The notes under the pieces: model-generated | Seen by the model: only the letters and a program-made list of their open reading frames with translations | The model's database searches: none | What the model was told of the DNA's origin: nothing | Assembly: GCA_016180645.1 (NCBI GenBank) | Contig: JACPAV010000009.1 | Location: forward strand, 1-64,000 | DNA: 64,000 bases | Direction of reading: 5' to 3' | Source: Nitrospirota bacterium | GTDB taxonomy: Bacteria; JACPQY01 | Program-made: the position numbers and the translations under genes | Shown here: positions 20,257 through 28,203 of the stretch, piece after piece | Layout of the letters: every line of letters begins with the position of its first letter | Position numbering within the stretch: position 1 is the stretch's first letter

Positions 20257-21971
20257 GAATTCCCCCTTTCAGCCCCCCCATCCCCAAGGGGAGGCAGCCT
20301 CTGCAGGATACCACTCGGATCGGCAGGCGCAACGATGGAAGCCGCACATCGGAGCGCGAGCGCCTGGATCGTCAGTGTGGGGTTGTACGCCGTCGAAGTG
20401 ACAAACGTGCTCGCATCGGCACACCAGAGGTTTTCCAGATCGTGGAATTTCCCGAACGGGTCCGTGACCGATTTCTCCGGGTCCGTTCCCATCCGGGCCG
20501 TTCCGTGCATGTGAAACGTCTGAGGAATTCCGCCGCTCAGAAATTCGCGCGATGCGGTGAAAACGGATTGGGCCCCCGCGGCCGTCACGATCTGCTCCAA
20601 CCGGGAATTGTATCGCTCCATCAAGGCGAGATCCCGCGGATGCGAACGGTAGGTCAGTCGCGGCACCGGGAGTCCGTACACATCGCGGACCGAAGGATCC
20701 AAGTCGATTCGATTCGAGGGCACCGGCACATCCTCCGCAATCATCGAAGCCGTGGCAATCTTCTTCCAGAAGTCTCCCTGCCGCATCAGCAGGGAATGGA
20801 GCGGACCCCGCGGGAGGGTCTTCCCAACGGAAATCGGCAGGATCGAACCGCCCAATTCCACGATCCCGCCCCGAACGTAATCGCTCTCATTCCGCGAATT
20901 CACGGTAAAGTCCGCCAGCGCGTGGGTAATGGTTCGACCGCGATAGGGATGGGTCTCCTTCTCAAAAATACCCACGGTCACGGAAATGACGTGAAACGTC
21001 AGGTGGCGTCCGAGCCATCCGCTGGAATTGCCGATGCCGTTTGGGAATGTTGAGTGGCTGGACATGAGCAGCAGCCGCGTCGTTCCGATCGGGTTGCCTG
21101 CGAGAATCACTCGATCCGCGGGCTGGACCCGTCGCTCACCCTCGGCGTCGAAATAGTGCACCGAGGTCACACGCCTCCCGGCATCGTCCAGCTCGATCCG
21201 ATAGGCCATCGAATCGGGACGCAGTTCGCATCGCCCCGTCAGCATGGCCTCCTGAAGCGCCGTGATCGCCGAGTTTCCCATCGCCTGGATCGGGCAGCCC
21301 GTGCTGCAAAAGCCGCAGTCGTTGCACATCGGCCGATCGCGGTACACTCTCGAGTTGATGGCCATCGGAAAGGGAAAAGGGTGCAGGCCGAGTTTCCTTG
21401 CTCCTTCCGCCACGATGAGGCCGTCCAGCTTGGGGGGTCCCGGCGGCATCGGAAACGGCGCCGAACGCCGCCCCTCGAACGGATTCGCTCCCTGTTCCCC
21501 TTGTACGCCGATAATGTATTCCACCGCCGTGTAGAAGGGTTCCAGTTCGTCGTACGAAAGCGGCCAATCCTGCACGTCGGCGCCCTCCACGGCTCCATAC
21601 AAACTCCGCATTCTGAAATCGTCCGGCTGGCAACGGGGACTGTCCGCATCATAGTGGATCGTCCCTCCGCCCACCGTGTTGGGGATGGCCTGAACGGGAC
21701 CCACATAGGTGCGGTCCACGTCTTCCCGATCGCGGAAGGACCGGGGCTCACCGAGCGGATCATTCCCATGAAATCCGCGCAGGCTTTTCAGCTCGTCGTT
21801 GCTGCATAGCGTGGTGAGATTCCGCGTGGGCCCTCCCAATCCGACGATCCGGTTGCGCCCTTTTTCCAGCACCACGACCTGCTGCCCGGCCTCGGCCAGA
21901 ACTTTCGCGACCATCGAACCGGCCGCGCCGCTTCCCACGATCACCGCATCCACAGCCTCCAGCGATTTCAC
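20253..21971 (-). CDS. GMC family flavoprotein oxidoreductase (gluconate 2-dehydrogenase alpha-like)
   Basis: IVGSGAAG, VGGGT, CNDCGFCSTGC, HMHGTARMG, NPTLT. Confidence 0.9.
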   Translation of the reverse strand: MKSLEAVDAVIVGSGAAGSMVAKVLAEAGQQVVVLEKGRNRIVGLGGPTRNLTTLCSNDELKSLRGFHGNDPLGEPRSFRDREDVDRTYVGPVQAIPNTVGGGTIHYDADSPRCQPDDFRMRSLYGAVEGADVQDWPLSYDELEPFYTAVEYIIGVQGEQGANPFEGRRSAPFPMPPGPPKLDGLIVAEGARKLGLHPFPFPMAINSRVYRDRPMCNDCGFCSTGCPIQAMGNSAITALQEAMLTGRCELRPDSMAYRIELDDAGRRVTSVHYFDAEGERRVQPADRVILAGNPIGTTRLLLMSSHSTFPNGIGNSSGWLGRHLTFHVISVTVGIFEKETHPYRGRTITHALADFTVNSRNESDYVRGGIVELGGSILPISVGKTLPRGPLHSLLMRQGDFWKKIATASMIAEDVPVPSNRIDLDPSVRDVYGLPVPRLTYRSHPRDLALMERYNSRLEQIVTAAGAQSVFTASREFLSGGIPQTFHMHGTARMGTDPEKSVTDPFGKFHDLENLWCADASTFVTSTAYNPTLTIQALALRCAASIVAPADPSGILQRLPPLGDGGAERGNS

Positions 21972-22756
21972 AAGTCGAACTCTCCCACTTCCTTGGATGA
22001 GTAACCGATTGGTTGCCGATCCCCCTCGAACCCAATACCCTCCCAGCCCCGCGCATCACGATTTCCCCCGTAGACCGGGTCGCCATACATCGCTTCGACC
22101 GCATGCTCATAGAGCACTTTGGCGAATTCTTCCGAAAGGGATTGGACGAGTTCCAGTCGCGTGTTCTGGCTGAGGTCCGCCACCGCTTTCCCAAAGACTG
22201 AGCGGGCCACCTCGCGCGCCTCGGCCAACCCCTTGACGTAGGCTTCCTGATAGCCGATCACCGTCCCGTTGAATTCCCTCTCGGGAATCCCCTTCGATCC
22301 CTCAATCCTCGTCCGCCAGATCAGTTCTTCGGCTCTGGAGAGCGGGACAAAATGGCTGAAGAGATCGGCCCCCCCGCTCCGTCCGCTGAACGGCCCGCCC
22401 GCAAAGATCCGCGGAGGATCGAACCCAAGAGCGTTCAGGAGCGTTTCGATGTACTCCACTCCTCCCAGGTCTACAACCCCGGGGGACCCGCCTGCCGGGA
22501 TCAACGAATCAAGAAGCGCCGCAAGTGTATCCCGTTCTTCCGGGGTGAATCTGAATCCCGCGCTCTGCGGAGCCGCGCACGACCACCCTCGAAGGGAAAC
22601 GACAGCTCCCGATGCCGCCATCCACTTCAAGAAATCCCTCCGATGTATATCGTCCAGACCAGTTCCTACACAATCCTGGCTGCGAGGCCCGCCCGATATT
22701 TTTCCCCTCTCCCCTGGCGGGAGAGGGTGGGGGTGAGGGGGCTCTTTCATGCGCAT
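21968..22756 (-). CDS. Gluconate 2-dehydrogenase subunit 3 family protein with Tat signal
   Basis: HRRDFLK Tat motif and YGDPVYGGNRDARGWEGIGFEG. Start uncertain. Confidence 0.82.
   Translation of the reverse strand: MRMKEPPHPHPLPPGERGKISGGPRSQDCVGTGLDDIHRRDFLKWMAASGAVVSLRGWSCAAPQSAGFRFTPEERDTLAALLDSLIPAGGSPGVVDLGGVEYIETLLNALGFDPPRIFAGGPFSGRSGGADLFSHFVPLSRAEELIWRTRIEGSKGIPEREFNGTVIGYQEAYVKGLAEAREVARSVFGKAVADLSQNTRLELVQSLSEEFAKVLYEHAVEAMYGDPVYGGNRDARGWEGIGFEGDRQPIGYSSKEVGEFDL
22704..22741 (-). repeat. CCCTCACCCC...CCCTCTCCC/GGGAGAGGG palindromic REP-like repeat
   Basis: Hairpin CCCTCTCCC-N-GGGAGAGGG lying within the 5' part of the subunit-3 ORF. Confidence 0.65.
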
Positions 22757-23724
22757 CACCAGACGTGCAGCGCCCCGCCCTTGCCGCCCGTCACCAACCG
22801 GCACCCATCGGGGGAGAACGCAGAGGCAAAAGTGCCCCCCGTGTGGCCCTTCAATTCCGCCAGCCGTTTGCCCTCCGGTACCGACCAGATGATCACCATC
22901 TCGTCCCCCCCCCCGGATACGATCCATTTCCCGTTCGGAGACATCGAAACCGTGGCCACCGCCGCCTTGTGTCCATACATCGTCTTGAGCACGCTGCCCG
23001 TGACGACGTCCCACAGCTTGACCGTGAAATCCGAGCTTCCCGAAACGAGCTTCGAGCCGTCTGCGCTGAATCGTGCCACGTACACCGAGCCTTTGTGTCC
23101 TTCCAGATCACGCGCCGGCCGCTGAACGGGAACCGGCCACATCCGGATCGTATCGTCCGCGCCTGCCGTGGCGATGCTCTTTCCGTCCGGCGACACGGCA
23201 ATGGAATAGACGGCGCCTTCATGGGCTTGAATCTTGAGCGATTCCTTCCCATCCGGAAGCGTCCAGACTCGAATCGTTCCATCCCATCCACCCGAGAGAA
23301 TGTCGTTCGGCGAAAGGCCGACCACCGCGAACACAAACTCGCGGTGCCCCTTGAGAATCAGAGGCGGGCCGCCACTCATCGACCACACTCGAACGGTTCC
23401 ATCCCGGCTCGCCGAGGCGATCCGGCCGGGATCCGGCAAGACCGCGGCAGCATCCACCACGTTCGTGTGTCCTTCGAATTCCTGGACCAGCTTCCACGTC
23501 GCCGTATCCCACACTTTGACTTTTCGATCCCGACCCGACGTCACCATGCGCTTCCCATCGGGAAAAAAGGCGATTGATGCCGTGCTCTCCTGATGCCCCG
23601 CGATGATCTTGATCGGTTCCTTCGCCGTCCCCGGATCGAAGCACGGCTGCGCGAAGGCGAGGCGGCCCGAGACGACCCAGGCCGATATTCCAAGACCCCA
23701 TTTCCAAATATTCTGAACGACCAT
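22756..23724 (-). CDS. Secreted WD40-repeat protein
   Basis: About 7 GH...WD/W repeats after a signal-like N-terminus. Confidence 0.92.
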   Translation of the reverse strand: MVVQNIWKWGLGISAWVVSGRLAFAQPCFDPGTAKEPIKIIAGHQESTASIAFFPDGKRMVTSGRDRKVKVWDTATWKLVQEFEGHTNVVDAAAVLPDPGRIASASRDGTVRVWSMSGGPPLILKGHREFVFAVVGLSPNDILSGGWDGTIRVWTLPDGKESLKIQAHEGAVYSIAVSPDGKSIATAGADDTIRMWPVPVQRPARDLEGHKGSVYVARFSADGSKLVSGSSDFTVKLWDVVTGSVLKTMYGHKAAVATVSMSPNGKWIVSGGGDEMVIIWSVPEGKRLAELKGHTGGTFASAFSPDGCRLVTGGKGGALHVW

Positions 23725-23782
23725 GCAAAGATCCGACTCCCTTACTCAGTCCTCATCGCTTAGTCCTCAGCATTTCTTAGTG

Positions 23783-23855
23783 TGGAGGCGACCGGGATCG
23801 AACCGGTGGCCTCCCGGTTGCAAACCGGGTGCTCTCCCAGCTGAGCTACGCCCCC
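23783..23855 (-). tRNA. tRNA-Ala(TGC)
   Basis: GGGGGCGTAGCTCAGCTGGGAGAGC...TTGCAA...GTTCGATCC...CGCCTCCA; G3:U70 pair; CCA not encoded. Confidence 0.97.
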
Positions 23856-23966
23856 AATCATACAGTCCTGAGTCCTGAGCAATGAGTCCTGGGTCCTGAC
23901 GACGAATTCCCCTCCCACACTTCTTTCGTACTCATTACTCAGCGCTCGGCACTCAGCACTTTGGAA

Positions 23967-24042
23967 TGGGCCCGGGTGGACTTGAACCACCGACCTCCCG
24001 CTTATCAGGCGGACGCTCTAAAACCACCTGAGCTACGGGCCC
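23967..24042 (-). tRNA. tRNA-Ile(GAT)
   Basis: GGGCCCGTAGCTCAGGTGG...CTGATAA...GTTCAAGTCC...CGGGCCCA; CCA not encoded. Confidence 0.97.
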
Positions 24043-24127
24043 GATATTTCAATACGTTGCCTGGTTCACGGGGCCTTTCAGAGTCTGGTCCCAGTGCGGT
24101 TCGCAGTGCCGGGGCCAGAGTCTACGC

Positions 24128-24391
24128 TCAAGAAAGACCCCTGTAAACTTCCTTGCGATGCCTCACTCGCGTGAGCACGACCAACCGCGCCGCGTCATCG
24201 ATGGCGTAAACGATACGGTAGTCCCCTACGCGAATACGCCAATACCCGCTCCCAATGAGCTGCTTGCATCCTGCCGGTCTCGGATCTTCCTCAAGACCAA
24301 GAATCTTCTCGTGCACCCTGATCTGGGTAGCGTTGGGAAGAGCGCTGACTTCTTTTTCAACGCTTCGGGGGATTTCGACTCGGTACTTCAG
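24128..24391 (-). CDS. RelE/ParE family toxin
   Basis: KYRVEI...LEEDPRPAGCKQL...WRIRVGDYRIVYAIDD...VRHRKEVY. The full-length frame begins at a CTG overlapping the upstream TGA. Confidence 0.85.
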   Translation of the reverse strand: MKYRVEIPRSVEKEVSALPNATQIRVHEKILGLEEDPRPAGCKQLIGSGYWRIRVGDYRIVYAIDDAARLVVLTRVRHRKEVYRGLS

Positions 24392-24600
24392 GCTCTTGCC
24401 TTCTTCAGCTTCTCCCAGAAATCCCTGTAGCTGCGACGCGGCTCACGATTTCGAGAAATGGACACCAGAACGTCCGACAAGTCCTCAAGGAAATCCTTGC
24501 GTTGCTTCCCGAGCTCCGACCAGAATTCTCGAAGCGCTTCCGGTCCAAGGTTTCTCAGAGCTCTGGCCAGCAACCTTGCCTCACGTAGTTCGGTAGCCAC
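24388..24600 (-). CDS. Putative antitoxin
   Basis: Small ORF whose stop overlaps the RelE start; FLEDLSD...EPRRSY resembles antitoxin C-termini. Confidence 0.65.
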   Translation of the reverse strand: MATELREARLLARALRNLGPEALREFWSELGKQRKDFLEDLSDVLVSISRNREPRRSYRDFWEKLKKARA

Positions 24601-24607
24601 GAAATCA

Positions 24608-24636
24608 AGCATAATCGCAGACCCCTGTCGGGTCAA
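24608..24636 (-). promoter_or_regulatory. Sigma-70 promoter of the toxin-antitoxin pair
   Basis: TTGACC-N17-TATGCT, 7 nt upstream of GTG 24600. Confidence 0.55.
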
Positions 24637-24931
24637 CGGTATCTAAACCTCCGCGATTTAAGATCACGCCCCCAACTGGGGCGCGGTGCAAGGCATCCGC
24701 ACCGCCCGCCATGACATGGTTTCCGCCAAAGGCGGAGAGGCCTCGAAATGTTCCGATGCAAGATCCGGATGGCCGCTCCGATCATCATCCCCGCCGGAAC
24801 GGATTGGGGGCGTAACCGGATTGTCACGCGCCCCCGGTCCGCGCCGAACGGCGCGTCTTCCAAAGCCGCCGCCCTGATGAACGCACTTCTCAACAGGAGA
24901 ATTACGCAGAGGCCAGCCCGGAGGGGCCCTC

Positions 24932-25273
24932 CTACTTGAAAGTACGATCAGTCAAAAGTTTGCTACAACGAGCCGCGATGGTTCCGTAAAACCAGACCTG
25001 GAACCCGCAAAGGAAAAGCATGACCCCGGTAGCAATGGCCATCGGACTCAAATGAGCGGCTACGTTGATGGCCTTGACATAGCCCGGCCCCACTTCCGCC
25101 ACGCCAATACTCCAGTACCAAGCAGCGACCAAGGAATAGCCGCCAATGAGGCCCAGCGCCCAATTCGGCATCTCGGCCAAATGACGCCTTCTACTGGATC
25201 TACGTGAGACAGCAAGTTTCACGTAGCTCACGAGTAGGGATCCCATGTTTCTTCCAAATGGAATCAGTGCCAT
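24932..25273 (-). CDS. Hypothetical membrane protein
   Basis: AAGGAGG RBS before the ATG; two hydrophobic segments; directly downstream of the restriction enzyme. Confidence 0.55.
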   Translation of the reverse strand: MALIPFGRNMGSLLVSYVKLAVSRRSSRRRHLAEMPNWALGLIGGYSLVAAWYWSIGVAEVGPGYVKAINVAAHLSPMAIATGVMLFLCGFQVWFYGTIAARCSKLLTDRTFK

Positions 25274-25299
25274 CTCTCCTCCTTCCGCCAGATGACGGT

Positions 25300-26202
25300 T
25301 CAGATCGCCAAGTCGAAGGGTAGGTCGCTGATGTCGCGGAGCCGATGGCCCTCGATCAGCGTGGAGAGCTGTTCCTCTTGGTCGTCACGTCCCGACTCTC
25401 TTAGGGCAACGACCAATTCGTGCAGCGCAGCGTGATAGGTGCAGTCGATGTCCCCAGTCCCCCTGGCAATCGACGCGATCCTTGATGGCATTGGTTCCAT
25501 CGTGACGGCCACGATATGGGGCGTCTGGCCCTTGCGATTCCGAATCAGATTCAATGCTTCCGTTCGGATGTTCTGACTTCTGTCGCTCCTGATCGTCCAC
25601 TTGCATGAAACACTTGCATGCAGGATCGCCTTGCGTTCAGGGAAGTTCGACTTCCGTAACGGCGTCGCCTTTGCTACAGGTTCACGTTCCGAGACGATCA
25701 GGCCTTCAACGTTAATTTCCTCGTCGGTTGCCGACGCCCGGGCGACAATAATGTCAGGCGTTATCAGATAATCGCCCCCCAGCGTCGCAGAAAGTTGGGG
25801 ATATTTCTTGAGAACTTCCTGAAGGGTACGCAGATGCTCGTACTGATCAAATCCGCCTATCCGGGTTTCGCTGGGAGAAGTCGAGAAGACCCACTTTCCA
25901 GGTCGTAAATGGACCAGAAGACGGAATGCGTCCCGCAGGAACTGCGCAGTCACGGAGGTGAATAAAGATCCGGCCTCCTGCTCCTTCAGGGGGGCAGAAC
26001 GAAGCGGATGACCGAGGATCCGCACGAGCCGACTGGCAAGATCAATGCTCGTCTTGCTACCGCTGTCGGCGATAGAGTAGGTTCCCTCCTCGCCCCTTTC
26101 CGACAGGACCTCCCCACAGAGTTTTCGTTGATAATCAATCCTCAGTTCGGCCAGCGCACTACGTTTCACGGGTGGCCTCCAGTACCCTTCGGACTTTCCC
26201 AC
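25300..26202 (-). CDS. NgoMIV-family type II restriction endonuclease
   Basis: QYEHL, DYLITPDI, LHASVSCKWTIRSDRSQN, EALNLIRNRKG, GTGDIDCTYH. Confidence 0.9.
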   Translation of the reverse strand: MGKSEGYWRPPVKRSALAELRIDYQRKLCGEVLSERGEEGTYSIADSGSKTSIDLASRLVRILGHPLRSAPLKEQEAGSLFTSVTAQFLRDAFRLLVHLRPGKWVFSTSPSETRIGGFDQYEHLRTLQEVLKKYPQLSATLGGDYLITPDIIVARASATDEEINVEGLIVSEREPVAKATPLRKSNFPERKAILHASVSCKWTIRSDRSQNIRTEALNLIRNRKGQTPHIVAVTMEPMPSRIASIARGTGDIDCTYHAALHELVVALRESGRDDQEEQLSTLIEGHRLRDISDLPFDLAI

Positions 26203-26581
26203 TCACATTTGCTTCGTCCTTCAACTGACATTGCCAAACGACTATACGTCTCCATCCCCGTTTCCTCAACGCAATCCCATTTTTCCTGTCTCGTGCGGCA
26301 TTTCCCGTCAATTTCCTACACCAGAAAGTTCGATTGGAAGTCGGGATAGTCGCCTTCTTGCATCCTCGGTGACCGTGCCAGAAACAGCCGTTGACGAAGA
26401 TGGCGACTTTCCGGTCGGGAAGGATGAAATCGGGATTACCGGGGAGAGTACGAACATGACGTCGGAATTTCAGTCCGAGGCGTCGGAGGATTCTTGCGAG
26501 TGATTTTTCCGGGGACGTATCCCGTCCCCGGATTCGGGACATTATCTCAGAGCGTTTCTCGCGGGTGAAAACATCCGCCAC
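26159..26581 (-). CDS. vsr: Very short patch repair endonuclease
   Basis: MADVFTREKRSEIMSRI, LPGNPDF, FVNGCFWHGH, WQCQL. Confidence 0.95.
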   Translation of the reverse strand: MADVFTREKRSEIMSRIRGRDTSPEKSLARILRRLGLKFRRHVRTLPGNPDFILPDRKVAIFVNGCFWHGHRGCKKATIPTSNRTFWCRKLTGNAARDRKNGIALRKRGWRRIVVWQCQLKDEANVSGKVRRVLEATRET

Positions 26582-26583
26582 AT

Positions 26584-28038
26584 TTACGAGGCAGCCGCAA
26601 AGACTTGAGATTCAACAGCCAATCCGGAATCGAGCGTGGCGGCAAGAGATTCGGCAATTCGTTGAGCCAGTATCGGCGGGACGGCATTGCCGATCTGCAT
26701 GGCGACGGCGATCTTCGTCCCGTGGAAAATGAAATCATCCGGGAAGCTCTGTAGACGGGCGGCTTCCCGATGGGTGATTGGCCGGTGTTGTGCCGGATGC
26801 AGGTATCGGCCCTTTTCCGGCTTGAAGAACTCCGTTCGTATCGTGAAAGCCGGCCGGTCCCACCAGAGACGACCGAACAGGTCCGTCCCCCCGCTCTTCT
26901 TTCGAATCCAGCAGCCCGGCGTCAAGTCGGGCCGTTTTCTTTGCAGATCGAACCGATTTCCGCCCTCGGGGATGCACTTGTATCGGATCAGACTTTCTTT
27001 CGTCGGTGTCCGTCCGAAATGGAGGTCCATCGGCGGGTCTGCCTTTCCCACGCGGATTTCGGTGCCTTCCGGTACGGGAAGGTCACCGATGCCGCGGCGC
27101 ACGGACTCCCAGGGGAGTAATCCGCTTGCGAACAGGCTTCCTTTCTTCGCTGGATCGGCATGTGTCGGCTTGGGCAATTGGGGCACACCTACCCGCGACG
27201 CGACAACAATGGCCCGCTTGCGTCTCTCCGGAACACCGTAGTCGGCCGCATTCAAGACGTCCGCCACGACCTTGTACCCGAGGTTCTCGGACATCTTACG
27301 AATCTGTTGGAATTCGAACGAGGCAAGAAGCTCCGATACATTTTCCATCACGTAGGCTAACGGGCGGACGCGCTTGACCACCTCCATGAACGCTACCCAT
27401 AGCTGCTTCCGGGAGTCCGTAGCCCGCTGCTTGTTCAGGAGGCTGAACCCTTGGCACGGTGGACCGCCAATCACCACATCGCCAGCGGGGATGACGAAAT
27501 CCTTCCTCGCCAGCAATTCATTGATGTCGCCCGCCACGCAATGCTCACCGAAGTTCGCGTTGTAGGTCTTTACCGACCACGGATCGAAATCATTGGCGAA
27601 TACCGAGCGGAATATCCCGGACCTAGCGAATCCAAGGCTGAAACCACCTGCGCCGGCAAAAAGATCGATCAGGCGGAAGGCGCGGTATGAGCCTTGCTCG
27701 GTTTCGTCCGATGGAGTGAGCGGTCCGTGTGGTTCCGGGATTCGGTAGACCTTGAACGACTTCCGGACCACTGCCACCGCCTCTTTCGGGTGTTCTGCGA
27801 AAATCCGCGCCACATCCTTCGGGAGACTCCCCGCTAGAACATGCAATTCCTCTCGCCGTGTATGGAGAACCTTGGCGATCCTGTCGAGAAGCTTGGCTGA
27901 GGGAGGGACCTTCCCTGATTCAATCCGGCTAACATGTGCCGGATCGACCTTGAGGAGTTTTGCAAGATTCTTGAGACTGACCTTCCGCAGTTTTCGGAGA
28001 GACCTGATCCGTTGTCCAAGCTCTTTCGCCGCTTCCAT
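26584..28038 (-). CDS. XRE-HTH-fused DNA (cytosine-5) methyltransferase
   Basis: N-terminal HTH (LKNLAKLL...HVSRIESG); DLFAGAGG, GGPPCQGFS, MENV, QIGNAVPP. Confidence 0.93.
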   Translation of the reverse strand: MEAAKELGQRIRSLRKLRKVSLKNLAKLLKVDPAHVSRIESGKVPPSAKLLDRIAKVLHTRREELHVLAGSLPKDVARIFAEHPKEAVAVVRKSFKVYRIPEPHGPLTPSDETEQGSYRAFRLIDLFAGAGGFSLGFARSGIFRSVFANDFDPWSVKTYNANFGEHCVAGDINELLARKDFVIPAGDVVIGGPPCQGFSLLNKQRATDSRKQLWVAFMEVVKRVRPLAYVMENVSELLASFEFQQIRKMSENLGYKVVADVLNAADYGVPERRKRAIVVASRVGVPQLPKPTHADPAKKGSLFASGLLPWESVRRGIGDLPVPEGTEIRVGKADPPMDLHFGRTPTKESLIRYKCIPEGGNRFDLQRKRPDLTPGCWIRKKSGGTDLFGRLWWDRPAFTIRTEFFKPEKGRYLHPAQHRPITHREAARLQSFPDDFIFHGTKIAVAMQIGNAVPPILAQRIAESLAATLDSGLAVESQVFAAAS

Positions 28039-28049
28039 GTGATGAGCCC

Positions 28050-28079
28050 AATCTATCAAGGTTGACTGTTCTTGTCAAC
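28050..28079 (-). promoter_or_regulatory. Sigma-70 promoter overlapped by a palindromic operator
   Basis: TTGACA(28078-28073)-N17-TAGATT(28055-28050); inverted repeat GTTGAC-N7-GTCAAC at 28061-28079. Confidence 0.75.
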
Positions 28080-28203
28080 TCAACGACAATTGCACTTTGA
28101 TAGGGGCGCTGATAGAGTGCCCTCGATGTGGTGGTAGACAACGTGTTTCATCATCGGTCCTCCAGTCCATGTGACCTGGGAATGTAGCGATTTCGTCTGA
28201 ACG

